Part shown: positions 52,902 to 62,262 of the stretch, piece after piece | How the letters are laid out: every line of letters begins with the position of its first letter | How positions within the stretch are numbered: the stretch's first letter is position 1 | DNA from: an uncultured Chloroflexia bacterium | GTDB lineage: Bacteria > Chloroflexota > Anaerolineae > JAAYZQ01 | Direction of reading: 5' to 3' | Assembly (NCBI GenBank): GCA_963700285.1 | Contig: CAVOXA010000001.1 | Coordinates: forward strand, 1,312,001 to 1,376,000 | Length of the DNA stretch: 64,000 bases | Position numbers and translations under genes: made by a program | Notes under the pieces: generated by a model | Database searches by the model: none | Told to the model about the DNA's origin: nothing | The model's input: the letters and a program-made list of their open reading frames with translations, nothing else

Positions 52902-53007
52902 AACCTGGGGCAAAAACACCAAATAGCAGCCTTGTGGAGCAGCCAAGGTGCTACCGAGCCAGCCCCAGCTCGCCTGCTGAACAGGCGCTATTTTGGCAAC
53001 CCAGGTT
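52902..53007 (-). promoter_or_regulatory. Structured 5' leader of the EPS operon (candidate attenuator or cis-RNA)
   Basis: Nested stems AACCTGGG/CCCAGGTT and CCAAAATAGC/GCTATTTGG enclose three hairpins. An alternative TAGCACCTTG/CAAGG(C)TGCTA hairpin is followed by TTTGGTGTTTTT. Confidence 0.5.
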
Positions 53008-53220
53008 TCCCGCTTGGCCGATGGACCTGCCAATGAGAGAATTGCGGGGGAGGAGACTGGCCAGAGCCAAAGTCCCCGGGCGGTACAACCATCACGCTTG
53101 CTGCCCAAGAGCTAAGGCCAGATAGCTGCCGGTCGCGTTCCCCAATAGCGGCAACGACGCCACCACAGACATTATCGCCTATGGAAGTATACGCGAGGTA
53201 ACGAGAAAGTATAAATTCTG

Positions 53221-54114
53221 TTACAATCTAACGATCTGACCAATCACTCCTGCAGAACGGGGTAGCCGCGCCGGATGTAGTCTCGTGTGCGCTTTAGGAT
53301 TACGGTCCGCTTTTCCGGTGAGAGGGCAATCTGAGCCAGGTGGTCGGACAAACAGGCTGGGCAGATGACCGTGTACTCTTGCCGTCTCCACTAATCTGTT
53401 CCGGAGTTCTGGCTGGGTGACGATCCAGCCGGTCCTCAGGCCTGGCAGACCGTATGCTTTGCTCAGGCTCTGCTGAATAAGAACCTTGTCATAGCGCCCC
53501 CAAAACGACGGGGTTTCCCGATCGGTAAGACATTCGGCCCCAGCATAGACTTCGTCCGACAGGAGCCAGGCACCAACGCGGTCCGCAGCAGCCACGATGG
53601 TGTCCATCTCAGAGTCGGTGAGGATCCGGCCAGTGGGGTTGTTGGGATTGCAGACGGCAATCACCTTGGTCCGCTCCGTGACCGCTTTTGCCAGTTCGTC
53701 CAGGTTGGGGGCTCAGTCCTGCTCTTCCCTCAGATGGAATGGTTTTACGGGAATGCCCATGCTCTTGGCAATGCCCCAAATCTGCATATAGTTGGGCAGC
53801 ATCAGCACCAACTCCTCGCCTGGCTCAAAGAGGGTCCAGATGGCGAGAAAGTTGGCTACGGCCGCCCCGCTTGTTACAAGTACATTGTCAGGGTTAGACC
53901 CCGGGTAAAGGGTGCAAATTCGTTCCCGAAGCGCGATGGTACCGTTGGTCTGCGAGTAGTCGAGGCCGATGTTGAGCAGTTGATCGAGCTGGGCTGGGTC
54001 GTCGACCAACTCGTGAGCGGTCAAAGGGTGGACGCCGCTCTCCGAGAGGTTATAGTCTACGATCTTTTCCCACTCGGACATCAGTTGTTCCAGTTCAAAG
54101 GGGTGAAAGGGCAT
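53221..54114 (-). pseudogene. Class I/II PLP aminotransferase pseudogene (two in-frame TGA, one frameshift, 3' truncated)
   Basis: YNLSESG, CNPNNPTG, LLSDEVY, SLSKAYGLPGLRTGW. In-frame TGA at 53713; homology appears to stop at about 53240. Confidence 0.8.
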
Positions 54115-54171
54115 GGGCTTCTCCTCCAGCTTTCTGCCAGGATTGTGCCACAGGACCCGATGATGGGCAAG

Positions 54172-54200
54172 TTGCCAATTTATCCAGAGTCAGGTACAAT
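54172..54200 (+). promoter_or_regulatory. sigma70 promoter for the HD-domain gene
   Basis: TTGCCA-17 nt-TACAAT. Confidence 0.55.
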
Positions 54201-54232
54201 GGCTGGCAACCAGAAGGTGGAGGGAGAATGCT

Positions 54233-54820
54233 ATGGCAACACGCCTGGATGCCTGGAAGCTGGTAAACGAGTACACAAAGAACCAGAACCTGGTTCGCCA
54301 TATGCTGGCCGTCGAGGCGGCCATGCGCGCCTACGCTCGTAAGTATGACGAGGATGAAGAACTATGGGGAGTCGTGGGTTTGATCCACGATTTCGACTAC
54401 GAGCGCTATCCTGATCTTTCTGTAGAGGGGCACCCGGTCGTCGGAGCGCGTATCCTGCGGGAGGAGGGCTGGCCCGAGGAAGTCGTCCAGGCGGTGTTGG
54501 CCCATGCCAGCGAGTACACTGGGGTGCAACCCGAGTCCCAGATGGAAAAATGTCTCGTGGCCGTCGATGAGCTAACCGGTTTCCTGGTGGCTGTGGCCTT
54601 GGTACGGCCTACCAAGGACATCCGCGATGTCACAAAGATCCAGTCCGTCAAGAAAAAATGGAAGGATCGCGCCTTTGCGGCGGCTGTCAACCGGGAGGAG
54701 ATTGAGCGGGCGTGTCAGCGGCTACCGGTTGATCTGTGGGTGGAGCATGTTCCCCTCGTATTGGAGGCAATGAAGGCGATCGCGCCCGAGTTGGGGCTGG
54801 ACGGACAGGCAAGCGCCTAG
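54233..54820 (+). CDS. HD/HDIG-domain metal-dependent phosphohydrolase
   Basis: RHMLAVEAAM, GLIHDFDYE, VLAH, AVDELTG, KKWKDRAFAA. Confidence 0.85.
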   Translation: MATRLDAWKLVNEYTKNQNLVRHMLAVEAAMRAYARKYDEDEELWGVVGLIHDFDYERYPDLSVEGHPVVGARILREEGWPEEVVQAVLAHASEYTGVQPESQMEKCLVAVDELTGFLVAVALVRPTKDIRDVTKIQSVKKKWKDRAFAAAVNREEIERACQRLPVDLWVEHVPLVLEAMKAIAPELGLDGQASA

Positions 54821-54837
54821 CCTGTTCACTCCTGGGT

Positions 54838-57240
54838 CTACCGTTCTGTATCGACCCACATTCGGCGGCCATCTGTGATAAACTCGACCGTGCCCTGTTC
54901 GTCGGTACGCAGGATCTGCACCGCCCCGAGCTGTTCCAGCCGCTCCAGAACCACTGGATCGGGGTGGTTGAACTTGTTCTCGGCGCCGGCTGAGATGACG
55001 GCATAAGTGGGATCTACCGCCACAAGAAAGCCCTGGGTTGATGCGCCACCACTACCGTGGTGACTTACTTTCAGAACGTCGGCCGATAGAGTGTGGCCGG
55101 ACTGCATGAGGTAGCCTTCCCCTTCTTCTTCGAGGTCACCGGTGAGCAGGAAGCTGGCCTTCCCCCATATCAATCGTAGTACCACCGATCCGTTGTTCGA
55201 GTCAGCCTCTATCCCCATAGCCAGATCGGCGTCTGGGTGCAGTACCTCCACGTCGACGCCACCCCCGAGATGCAGCAAGTCTCCGGACTTGACTGTTTGA
55301 CGTGGGATGCTGGCATCCTTCAGAAGCTCTAGGCACTTTTGGAAGGGCTTGCTCTTGCTGGCAGCACCATTGTCCAGCCAGCCACCGATCTGGTAGCGCT
55401 CCAGTACCCCTACCAAGCCGGAGACATGGTCGATATCTGCATGGGTTAATACCAGCAGGTCGATGTCGTGGTCCCAAAAGGGCATCTCCCGACCCAGGGC
55501 GGAGGTGAGGGCCACGGTACCCGGTCCGCCATCTACGAGGATCTGCTGGCCTTGGGGGGTGGTAATGAAGATGGCATCGCCCTGACCCACGTCGAGAAAG
55601 GCGACGTGCAGACGGCCGTCGGGTTGTTGCAGCAGGGCAAGAATGGTCAGAACGATGGCAATGAGAGAAATACCCAGGAGGGCCTTGGCCGGTGTGCGAG
55701 CCGAGACACCGTTCCACAATTGGCGAGCACTGGCGCCACGCTGGCGGAGAGCCCACAGCAATCCCAGGATCAGGCCATACAGGGCTACTAGCCAGCCCAT
55801 GTGGAATCCGTTCATCTGGGGCATCGCAAACTGCCATTCTGCCATCCAGCGGACGATGGTGTTGGTGAAGGCAAGCAGAAGCCACGGCACCATCGCGATC
55901 ACTCGGGCCACTGGTTCCAGTGGGGGGACAAGGCCGGTGAGTGTGGCTACTGCTCCCCAGCTCATAATGTGGGGTTGGATCGAGAGGATGAACATGTTTG
56001 TAAGGGGGGCGATCACGGATAGATGGCCAAAATGGTAGCTGACCAGAGGCAGCGTCAGAACCTGGGCGGCCAGTGTAACCACCAGCACGCTGCTCAAGAT
56101 ACGGACTATCCTTTCTGCCTGTTCCCGAGGCACGAAGCGAACACAGAGTCGTGTCAGGGCTTGTTCCATGGGCGTCGTGAACAGGATCAGACTCAGCGTC
56201 GCTGCGACGCTGAGCTGAAAGCCGACATTCCACAGGGTCAGGGGATTGATGAGGGTCAGTAGCATGGCAGCAGCAGCTAGCGTAACATAGGCCGTGGCCC
56301 GGCGGCCCATGTAGACGGCTGTGACAAGGAGGCCGCCCATGATTCCTGCCCGGACTACCACGGCATCTGCACCCACCAGCAGTACATACAAGCTGACGCC
56401 GGCCAGCGTGAACCAATACGCCTTCTGTTTTCCCATCAAACAGCCAAAGGACTTGGAGAACAGCATGGCCACGACCATGATGTTGGCGCCGGAGATAACA
56501 ATGATGTGGCTGGTACCCGTACGATTGTAGTCTTCATAGAGGTCATCAGGGATGCCAGACCTGATGCCAAGCAGGATACCCTGCAGTAGCGACGCTTCTG
56601 GTTCAGGCATGAGCCGGGCAATCACAGCTTGCGCGCGGTCCTTGATGGATGACAGAAGGCTGCTGAACGGGTTGCCTTGGACGGTGGCTACTTTCTCGAT
56701 CTTCGGATGACGGACGTAGGAGAGGATACCTCTCTGGGCAAGGTATTTACGGTAATCAAATCCCTCGAGCTCGGGGACTGGCTCCAGTATGCCTGAGATG
56801 CGCAACCGGTCTCCGTAGCGATACCTGGGTAAGTTGGAAGTGAGCACCAGCGCTCGACCGTGGACCTGTATGGCTTGGTCTTTGAACTCAAGCTGCTCAC
56901 TCTCGATCTCCAGCCTGGTCGACGAGTCTTTGGTATCCGGGTAACCCCGTACCACCCCCTCCAGCGTGACCCAGCCCTGATTACTATAGGAAGCCACGGC
57001 CTCAGGGTCATTCAGGCTGCGTACGTGTAACTGGTAGCGCAGCGCGCCCCCGAGCAAGGCAAGGGCACACACGGCGGCCAGGAGTATGGATCGCTCTCTA
57101 TGCCACAGAAGAAGCGCCAGCATGGGGACGAGAGCAAGCAAGATGATCGACGCCGGTTCAATGCCTGCCGGCATCAGGAGGTGGTGGGCCGCAACCAGGC
57201 CAGCCATCCAGGCGATGGTGACAAGGACCAAAGGGGGCAT
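54838..57240 (-). CDS. comEC: Competence protein ComEC/Rec2 (DUF4131-competence-metallo-beta-lactamase)
   Basis: GTSHIIVISGAN, VVRAGIM, GFQLS, FLDVGQGDA, THADIDH, LLTGDLE, LKVSHHGS, RTDEQG. Confidence 0.92.
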   Translation of the reverse strand: MPPLVLVTIAWMAGLVAAHHLLMPAGIEPASIILLALVPMLALLLWHRERSILLAAVCALALLGGALRYQLHVRSLNDPEAVASYSNQGWVTLEGVVRGYPDTKDSSTRLEIESEQLEFKDQAIQVHGRALVLTSNLPRYRYGDRLRISGILEPVPELEGFDYRKYLAQRGILSYVRHPKIEKVATVQGNPFSSLLSSIKDRAQAVIARLMPEPEASLLQGILLGIRSGIPDDLYEDYNRTGTSHIIVISGANIMVVAMLFSKSFGCLMGKQKAYWFTLAGVSLYVLLVGADAVVVRAGIMGGLLVTAVYMGRRATAYVTLAAAAMLLTLINPLTLWNVGFQLSVAATLSLILFTTPMEQALTRLCVRFVPREQAERIVRILSSVLVVTLAAQVLTLPLVSYHFGHLSVIAPLTNMFILSIQPHIMSWGAVATLTGLVPPLEPVARVIAMVPWLLLAFTNTIVRWMAEWQFAMPQMNGFHMGWLVALYGLILGLLWALRQRGASARQLWNGVSARTPAKALLGISLIAIVLTILALLQQPDGRLHVAFLDVGQGDAIFITTPQGQQILVDGGPGTVALTSALGREMPFWDHDIDLLVLTHADIDHVSGLVGVLERYQIGGWLDNGAASKSKPFQKCLELLKDASIPRQTVKSGDLLHLGGGVDVEVLHPDADLAMGIEADSNNGSVVLRLIWGKASFLLTGDLEEEGEGYLMQSGHTLSADVLKVSHHGSGGASTQGFLVAVDPTYAVISAGAENKFNHPDPVVLERLEQLGAVQILRTDEQGTVEFITDGRRMWVDTER

Positions 57241-57400
57241 AGCCCCTACCTCCCTGGGCCCGACCCCGCAATCCCTGTCTGCAGGTCGTAGCCAGGGCTC
57301 GCGGTAGGAAATGCACGACAAGCAGTCATGCCACGACGCGCGCTGAGATGCTCAGCGGACCGCTCGTCCAAAGCCTGCGGACGGGCACCGCAGCCCAAGG

Positions 57401-57429
57401 ATTATACTATGTCTTGAACCAGCAGTCAA
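57401..57429 (-). promoter_or_regulatory. sigma70 promoter for comEC
   Basis: TTGACT-17 nt-TATAAT. Confidence 0.65.
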
Positions 57430-57629
57430 GCCCCAGCGGCAGACCTGGTACGGCTGTTGCAAAGTCGCCATCGCGAGCGTCAGCGAAGCGATCTCCACTT
57501 GTGCCCTGGGGATTGCCACGGCGCAAACAGCGCGCCTCGCAATGACAGATCTGACTGGCAGTGCATGTCAAGGGACAATGCAACAGCCCTAGCAGACCTG
57601 GCGAGATGATCTGCCTGGATCGGGACTCT

Positions 57630-57658
57630 TTGACAAAAGCGGTACTCGGTGCTATAAT
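57630..57658 (+). promoter_or_regulatory. Consensus sigma70 promoter upstream of the HtrA gene
   Basis: TTGACA-17 nt-TATAAT with extended -10 TG. Confidence 0.75.
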
Positions 57659-57943
57659 GGCGATGTGATGATTCCCAATCTCTTGCAGACGGTTCCCTCA
57701 GGATTCCAATGTGACATCTCAAAGAATGCCGACGGATGTCGCCCTGGACCGGTTTGTCTTTGCTATCGTCCCAATTGTACGGCCGACGAGAGTTCGGGTA
57801 ATTGTCTGAAAGCAGTCGGCCTCGTCCCTTGATTTTTGTCAGGAAACGTAGTAGACTTGGAGTGCAGTGGACAAGGGCGCTTCTGGACGCAAGCGAGTTT
57901 GACTGTAAATCACCGACGTCATAGAGAGGTGGTTCCGGGATCG

Positions 57944-59104
57944 ATGCGCAAGGCTTTTTCAATCTGGATTCTTCTAGGCTTGTTGGCACTGAGCACGTTG
58001 GCATGCAATCTGTCTGAGGTCGTCACCTTGGTCGCTACCCCTGCGCCGGCTGCAGTATCCATGGAGCCGACAGCGGTGGTCATTGTCTTGACACCTACGG
58101 CTTTACCTCCAGGGCCTATGCCCCAGACCGATGTAGAAGAGCAACTGGTAATTGGTGTCTACGCCCGGGTTGGGCCAGCAGTGGTTTGCATCAAGGCTCG
58201 GGATCACCTGGGCGGTTGTATTGGCTCCGGTTTCGTGCTTGACCGGGAGGGGTATGTTGTCACGAACAACCACGTAGCTGAGGCCTCTCCTGACTTGCTG
58301 GTGACACTGGCCGACGAGACTACGGTGCCTGCCACGGTGGTTGGGTCGGATCCTGGCAGCGACTTGGCGGTCCTGAAGATCGACCTGCCCGCCGACAGGC
58401 TGTCCGTTGTCGAGCTGGGCGACTCCTCTTCACTTAGGGTGGGACAGCGGGCCATTGCGATTGGAAACCCATTTGGTTTGGAGCGAACCATCACGACTGG
58501 CATCATCAGTTCGCTCGGTCGGACACTGTTGCGCGACGACAGCGCTTTCCAGTTGGCAGAGGTGATCCAGACCGATGCTGCTATCAACCCAGGGAATTCG
58601 GGCGGTCCTCTGCTGGACTCGCAGGGCCGCGTTATTGGCGTCAATACGGCCATTCGATCAACGAGTGGAGTCAACTCGGGAGTAGGTTTTGCCATTCCGG
58701 TAGATATTGTCAAACGGGTTGTGCCAGAGTTGATTGACCGTGGACGCTATCGCCATACTTGGGTAGGCGTAACGGGTCTGACGATTTCACCAGAAATGGT
58801 TGAGGCAATGTCCCTTCCTGTGGAAACCGGGGTACTGGTTTTTGAGGTGGAGGAAGGTGGTCCAGCCGCGAGGGCCGGTTTGCAGGGAGGCAATCGGGAG
58901 ACCCGAGTGGCAGGCAGGCCGATGTTAGCAGGTGGAGATATTGTGATCGCCATAGACAGTGTGGATGTCAAGCGGTTTGATGACCTGGTCAATTTCCTGG
59001 CCACGCGCACCACCGTTGGTGATGTCTTGACGCTGACGGTTGTCCGGGATAAGGCTGAGATCAAGATTGACGTAACGTTGGAGGAGCGTCCCAGCAATCG
59101 CTGA
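57944..59104 (+). CDS. HtrA/DegP-like serine protease lipoprotein (trypsin + PDZ)
   Basis: Lipobox LSTLAC; triad VTNNHV, SDLAVL, INPGNSGGPL; PDZ AGGDIVIAID. Confidence 0.9.
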   Translation: MRKAFSIWILLGLLALSTLACNLSEVVTLVATPAPAAVSMEPTAVVIVLTPTALPPGPMPQTDVEEQLVIGVYARVGPAVVCIKARDHLGGCIGSGFVLDREGYVVTNNHVAEASPDLLVTLADETTVPATVVGSDPGSDLAVLKIDLPADRLSVVELGDSSSLRVGQRAIAIGNPFGLERTITTGIISSLGRTLLRDDSAFQLAEVIQTDAAINPGNSGGPLLDSQGRVIGVNTAIRSTSGVNSGVGFAIPVDIVKRVVPELIDRGRYRHTWVGVTGLTISPEMVEAMSLPVETGVLVFEVEEGGPAARAGLQGGNRETRVAGRPMLAGGDIVIAIDSVDVKRFDDLVNFLATRTTVGDVLTLTVVRDKAEIKIDVTLEERPSNR

Positions 59105-59222
59105 GCGGCCTTTCTGTGCCGCAGTCATTTCTGAACAAGGCAGTGCCTGCTCGCTGCCTGTTACTAGCCGGATTCCTTGTTCTGTGAAGACTGGTCCCAA
59201 TAACCTATGTGAGGAGGCCAAG

Positions 59223-60344
59223 ATGTCAACTTTTGACGTGCGAGATCTGAACGAGTTGGTGGAGTTTAAGGCTGGCTCTGCACCTGTTCTCAGCCTGTAC
59301 CTCAATGTAGATCCTACTCAGCAATCGAGAGATCAGTACAAGCTTGCCCTGCGGTCCCTACTCAAGTCTGTGGGCGACGACGCAGAGGCGGAAGATGTGT
59401 CTGCAATTGAGCGGTACTTTGATTTTGAATACGATTGGCAGGGGAGAGGAGTAGCCGTTTTTTCCTGCCGTGAAGCTGATTTTTGGCGCAGCTACCCGCT
59501 TGCCGTGCCGGTGCACAACGATGCCTATGTCTCGCATCGCCCCTATATCAAGCCACTCCAGGATGTGTTGGATGCCTATGGTAGATATGGCGTCATCCTG
59601 GTGGACAGTGAGGGCGCACGGATGTTTCTCTTTGATCTTGGCGAGCTTGTGGAGGCAACCGGCACGCTGGGCGAAGAGGTTCGTCGCACCAAACATGGTG
59701 GTGGCTCGGGCGTATCCGGGATGCGGGGCGGGATGGCAACTCGCTCCGCCCGTCAGGGAGAGGCGGTTGTCCAGCGCAACCTGAAGGAGATGGCCGATGC
59801 CACCGAGGCCTTTTGCAGCAGGCAGGGATGCACGCGTCTTGTCCTGGGGGGAACCGAAGCCATCGTCAGCCAATTCCACGATACGTTGCCCAAGGCAGTA
59901 CAGGACAAAGTCATTGGCACGTTTGCAATAGACTCTGATGCGACGGTGAACGAGATTCAAGCATGTTCGATGGACCTGATTGAGAAAGTAGCTCAGGATC
60001 GTGAGGTTGAACTGGTTGATGAAATGATCGCCTGCTGGAGGCGGGGCAGTGGCGCGGCGGTTGGGCTCTCCGATACGCTGGCGTCACTACAGGAACACCG
60101 GGTGGCGATCTTGCTTATTGCGGCGGGCTATGAGGCCTCAGGTTATCGCTGCCAGAATTGCCGCTACCTGATGCTTGCGGAGAGAGAGACCTGTCCTCTG
60201 TGCGGAGGATCGATGGAGCCTGTGACCGACCTGGTAGAGACAATGACCCATCGAGCGCTGGAGCAAGGCGTTGAGGTCGAAATAGTGCGTGGCAACGAGC
60301 TACTGGAGGACTCTGGATCGGTGGGAGCGCTTCTGCGCTATTGA
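59223..60344 (+). CDS. Bacterial aeRF1/Pelota-like protein (baeRF family) with zinc ribbon, no GGQ
   Basis: VLSLYLNVD, RPYIKPL, LVLGG, CQNC..CPLC, VEVEIV...VGALLRY (eRF1 domain-3-like end). Confidence 0.78.
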   Translation: MSTFDVRDLNELVEFKAGSAPVLSLYLNVDPTQQSRDQYKLALRSLLKSVGDDAEAEDVSAIERYFDFEYDWQGRGVAVFSCREADFWRSYPLAVPVHNDAYVSHRPYIKPLQDVLDAYGRYGVILVDSEGARMFLFDLGELVEATGTLGEEVRRTKHGGGSGVSGMRGGMATRSARQGEAVVQRNLKEMADATEAFCSRQGCTRLVLGGTEAIVSQFHDTLPKAVQDKVIGTFAIDSDATVNEIQACSMDLIEKVAQDREVELVDEMIACWRRGSGAAVGLSDTLASLQEHRVAILLIAAGYEASGYRCQNCRYLMLAERETCPLCGGSMEPVTDLVETMTHRALEQGVEVEIVRGNELLEDSGSVGALLRY

Positions 60345-60365
60345 TCCAGTGTTGGAAGGCAGAGC

Positions 60366-60397
60366 AAAAGGGCGCCGCACTACCGGCGCCCTTTTTT
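60366..60397. terminator. Bidirectional intrinsic terminator
   Basis: AAAAGGGCGCC-8 nt-GGCGCCCTTTTTT between convergent genes. Confidence 0.85.
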
Positions 60398-60453
60398 CTC
60401 GTCTGGACCAGTCTCGACCCGTCGCCAGGCTGTGCAATACCTCCATCGCTTTC

Positions 60454-61269
60454 TCAGAAGCGATCCCAGGGTACAGTAGTGGGGAAGAGCAGACGCACGA
60501 ACTGCCAGGCACGGTCCAGCACAACATCCTTACTCTCACCGGGTGGGAGGAACAGATTGACGCGAACAGATAGTACCCCATCCTTGGAGTCGCGTTGGGG
60601 GTCACCCCAAAGATACCAGAACAAGACCATCAGTTGCTGACCTGTCTCTGCATGTTCGGTCAGGAGGTACTGGGCGTGCATAGGCTGACTGCCTATCATA
60701 GCTGATTCTCGTCTGTTCTCGGTTACCTGCCACAAGCGCCCAGGATAGCATGTTTCCGGGGTGTGGCTGAAGAGGAGAAAGCTGTCTTCTCCCTTGTTCC
60801 CGATGATTGTCAAGGTCAGTTCCTGGCCTGAAGGGGAACGATAGGTTCGCTCCAGGGCGATGGTAGGGTGATTGAGGTAGAATACGACAGCGGGATCGTC
60901 GCCCACGTACCGGTCTGCACCGACCTGTTTCCACTCACCCACTTCTGTGGGGATCGCGGCGGCTACTTCCTCTGTAGAATCACCGCTCAGATCAAAGTTG
61001 CTGCGTACCACTGTTTCGTATGGTGTGATGCGATACCAGCCCTCCACATCGAGGAAGTAAATGTGGTCTGGCGGTTCCGCAGATTCAGAACCTGCCCCCT
61101 CAGCAGCGATCGCGGCTGGCACGGGCAACTCGGTAGAGAGTCGTGCATCTGAACTCAACTGCTGGCCCCAGGTCAATGCAACCCCAAGGAGCAGTAGGGT
61201 GATGATCAGAACAAATCTTTGCGTACTCGCGAGCACCCCAAGACCTTTCCGAGAACGAGCAAGAGGCAC
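60454..61269 (-). CDS. Exosortase-associated EpsI-like protein
   Basis: N-terminal TM, IPTEVGEW, ERTYRS, HTPETCYPG..W, VLFWYLW; directly downstream of the exosortase. Confidence 0.72.
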   Translation of the reverse strand: MPLARSRKGLGVLASTQRFVLIITLLLLGVALTWGQQLSSDARLSTELPVPAAIAAEGAGSESAEPPDHIYFLDVEGWYRITPYETVVRSNFDLSGDSTEEVAAAIPTEVGEWKQVGADRYVGDDPAVVFYLNHPTIALERTYRSPSGQELTLTIIGNKGEDSFLLFSHTPETCYPGRLWQVTENRRESAMIGSQPMHAQYLLTEHAETGQQLMVLFWYLWGDPQRDSKDGVLSVRVNLFLPPGESKDVVLDRAWQFVRLLFPTTVPWDRF

Positions 61270-62057
61270 AGAGCAATTAGGAACAGAATTGGGCTGGACC
61301 AGTCGTGGTAGTAGGAGAGGGCTACCTCCTCACCGAAAGCCTGCGCTACAATCAGAAGGATCGCGACGCGCAGCACATTGCTGGCCGCCACCAAGGGTAC
61401 GATGGCCAGCAACATCAGGGCTTTGGCGGTCGGCCGCCCTTCTACTACATACACCCAGGCGACCCCCACGGTGACCATCGTCACCAGGGAGCGCAGTCCA
61501 CTGCAGGGGGCTCCCACGGTGACGGCCGTGTTGGGCAGGGTGATCTCGCCACCTTGCTGGACGGCCGAAATGCCAACGAGGCGGGCGAGCGCTGCAGCCG
61601 ACTGGGCTGTGAAAGACTCGAGCCAGGGGCTGGCCTGGTCGATGAAAGGTAGCGGTACCATGAATGCCAGGAACAGGAGGGGAAAAAGCCAGTACTTGAG
61701 GCGAGGCCAACCCTCCAGAAAGAGGAGGATCCCGACCAGAAGGACAACCAGGCTAAGGGCGACCACAAAGTAGTACTGCCAGCGCATCGCCCAGACGACA
61801 ATGCCAAGGCATGTCGCAGTGATCAGCAGCCCAATCCACGCACCCCCTTGGCGTGGCTCATCTACCGCGTACCGCCACTGGCGCCAGGCAAGCATGGCTG
61901 CTATGAGGGGGACAAGAAATCCGTGGGTATAATAGGGGTTGCTCAACCACGATCTACCCAACCAGACAAAGGCGGGATAGAAGAGAAGAACCAACAGACC
62001 AATGATGAGCAAATAGGCTACGGGTCCTGTCTTGACTCTGGACAAGGGACATGCCAC
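61206..62057 (-). CDS. Exosortase/archaeosortase family transpeptidase
   Basis: YYTHGFLVP, FMVPLP, catalytic Cys GAPCSGLRSL, Arg NVLRV, His YYHDW. Confidence 0.88.
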   Translation of the reverse strand: MACPLSRVKTGPVAYLLIIGLLVLLFYPAFVWLGRSWLSNPYYTHGFLVPLIAAMLAWRQWRYAVDEPRQGGAWIGLLITATCLGIVVWAMRWQYYFVVALSLVVLLVGILLFLEGWPRLKYWLFPLLFLAFMVPLPFIDQASPWLESFTAQSAAALARLVGISAVQQGGEITLPNTAVTVGAPCSGLRSLVTMVTVGVAWVYVVEGRPTAKALMLLAIVPLVAASNVLRVAILLIVAQAFGEEVALSYYHDWSSPILFLIALCLLLVLGKVLGCSRVRKDLF

Positions 62058-62067
62058 CTGTTTGGGA

Positions 62068-62168
62068 TTGACTACGCAACAGGGCTAGCGTATAATCTAC
62101 CGACTGGACAGGCTGGGCCACGCCGTCATAGGCTGGCGGAGTATAGCTCCTTTCCAGGGGAATGTCAA
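62068..62168. promoter_or_regulatory. Pair of face-to-face sigma70 promoters (glycoside hydrolase on +, exosortase on -)
   Basis: + strand TTGACT(62068)-17-TATAAT(62091); - strand TTGACA(62168)-17-TATACT(62145). Confidence 0.7.
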
Positions 62169-62262
62169 GTCAACTGTGATATCCTCGCGGCTGGGAAAGG
62201 GAACAGCCTTGACTGACGGTAGTGGCACCACGAAACACGACAAGGTCACGGGGACAGGGCAG

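Noticed and set aside
53221-54114. UGA-to-Trp recoding suggested by two TGA codons at Trp positions
   Set aside because: Many intact genes in the window end in TGA and use TGG for Trp, and this gene is also frameshifted and truncated.
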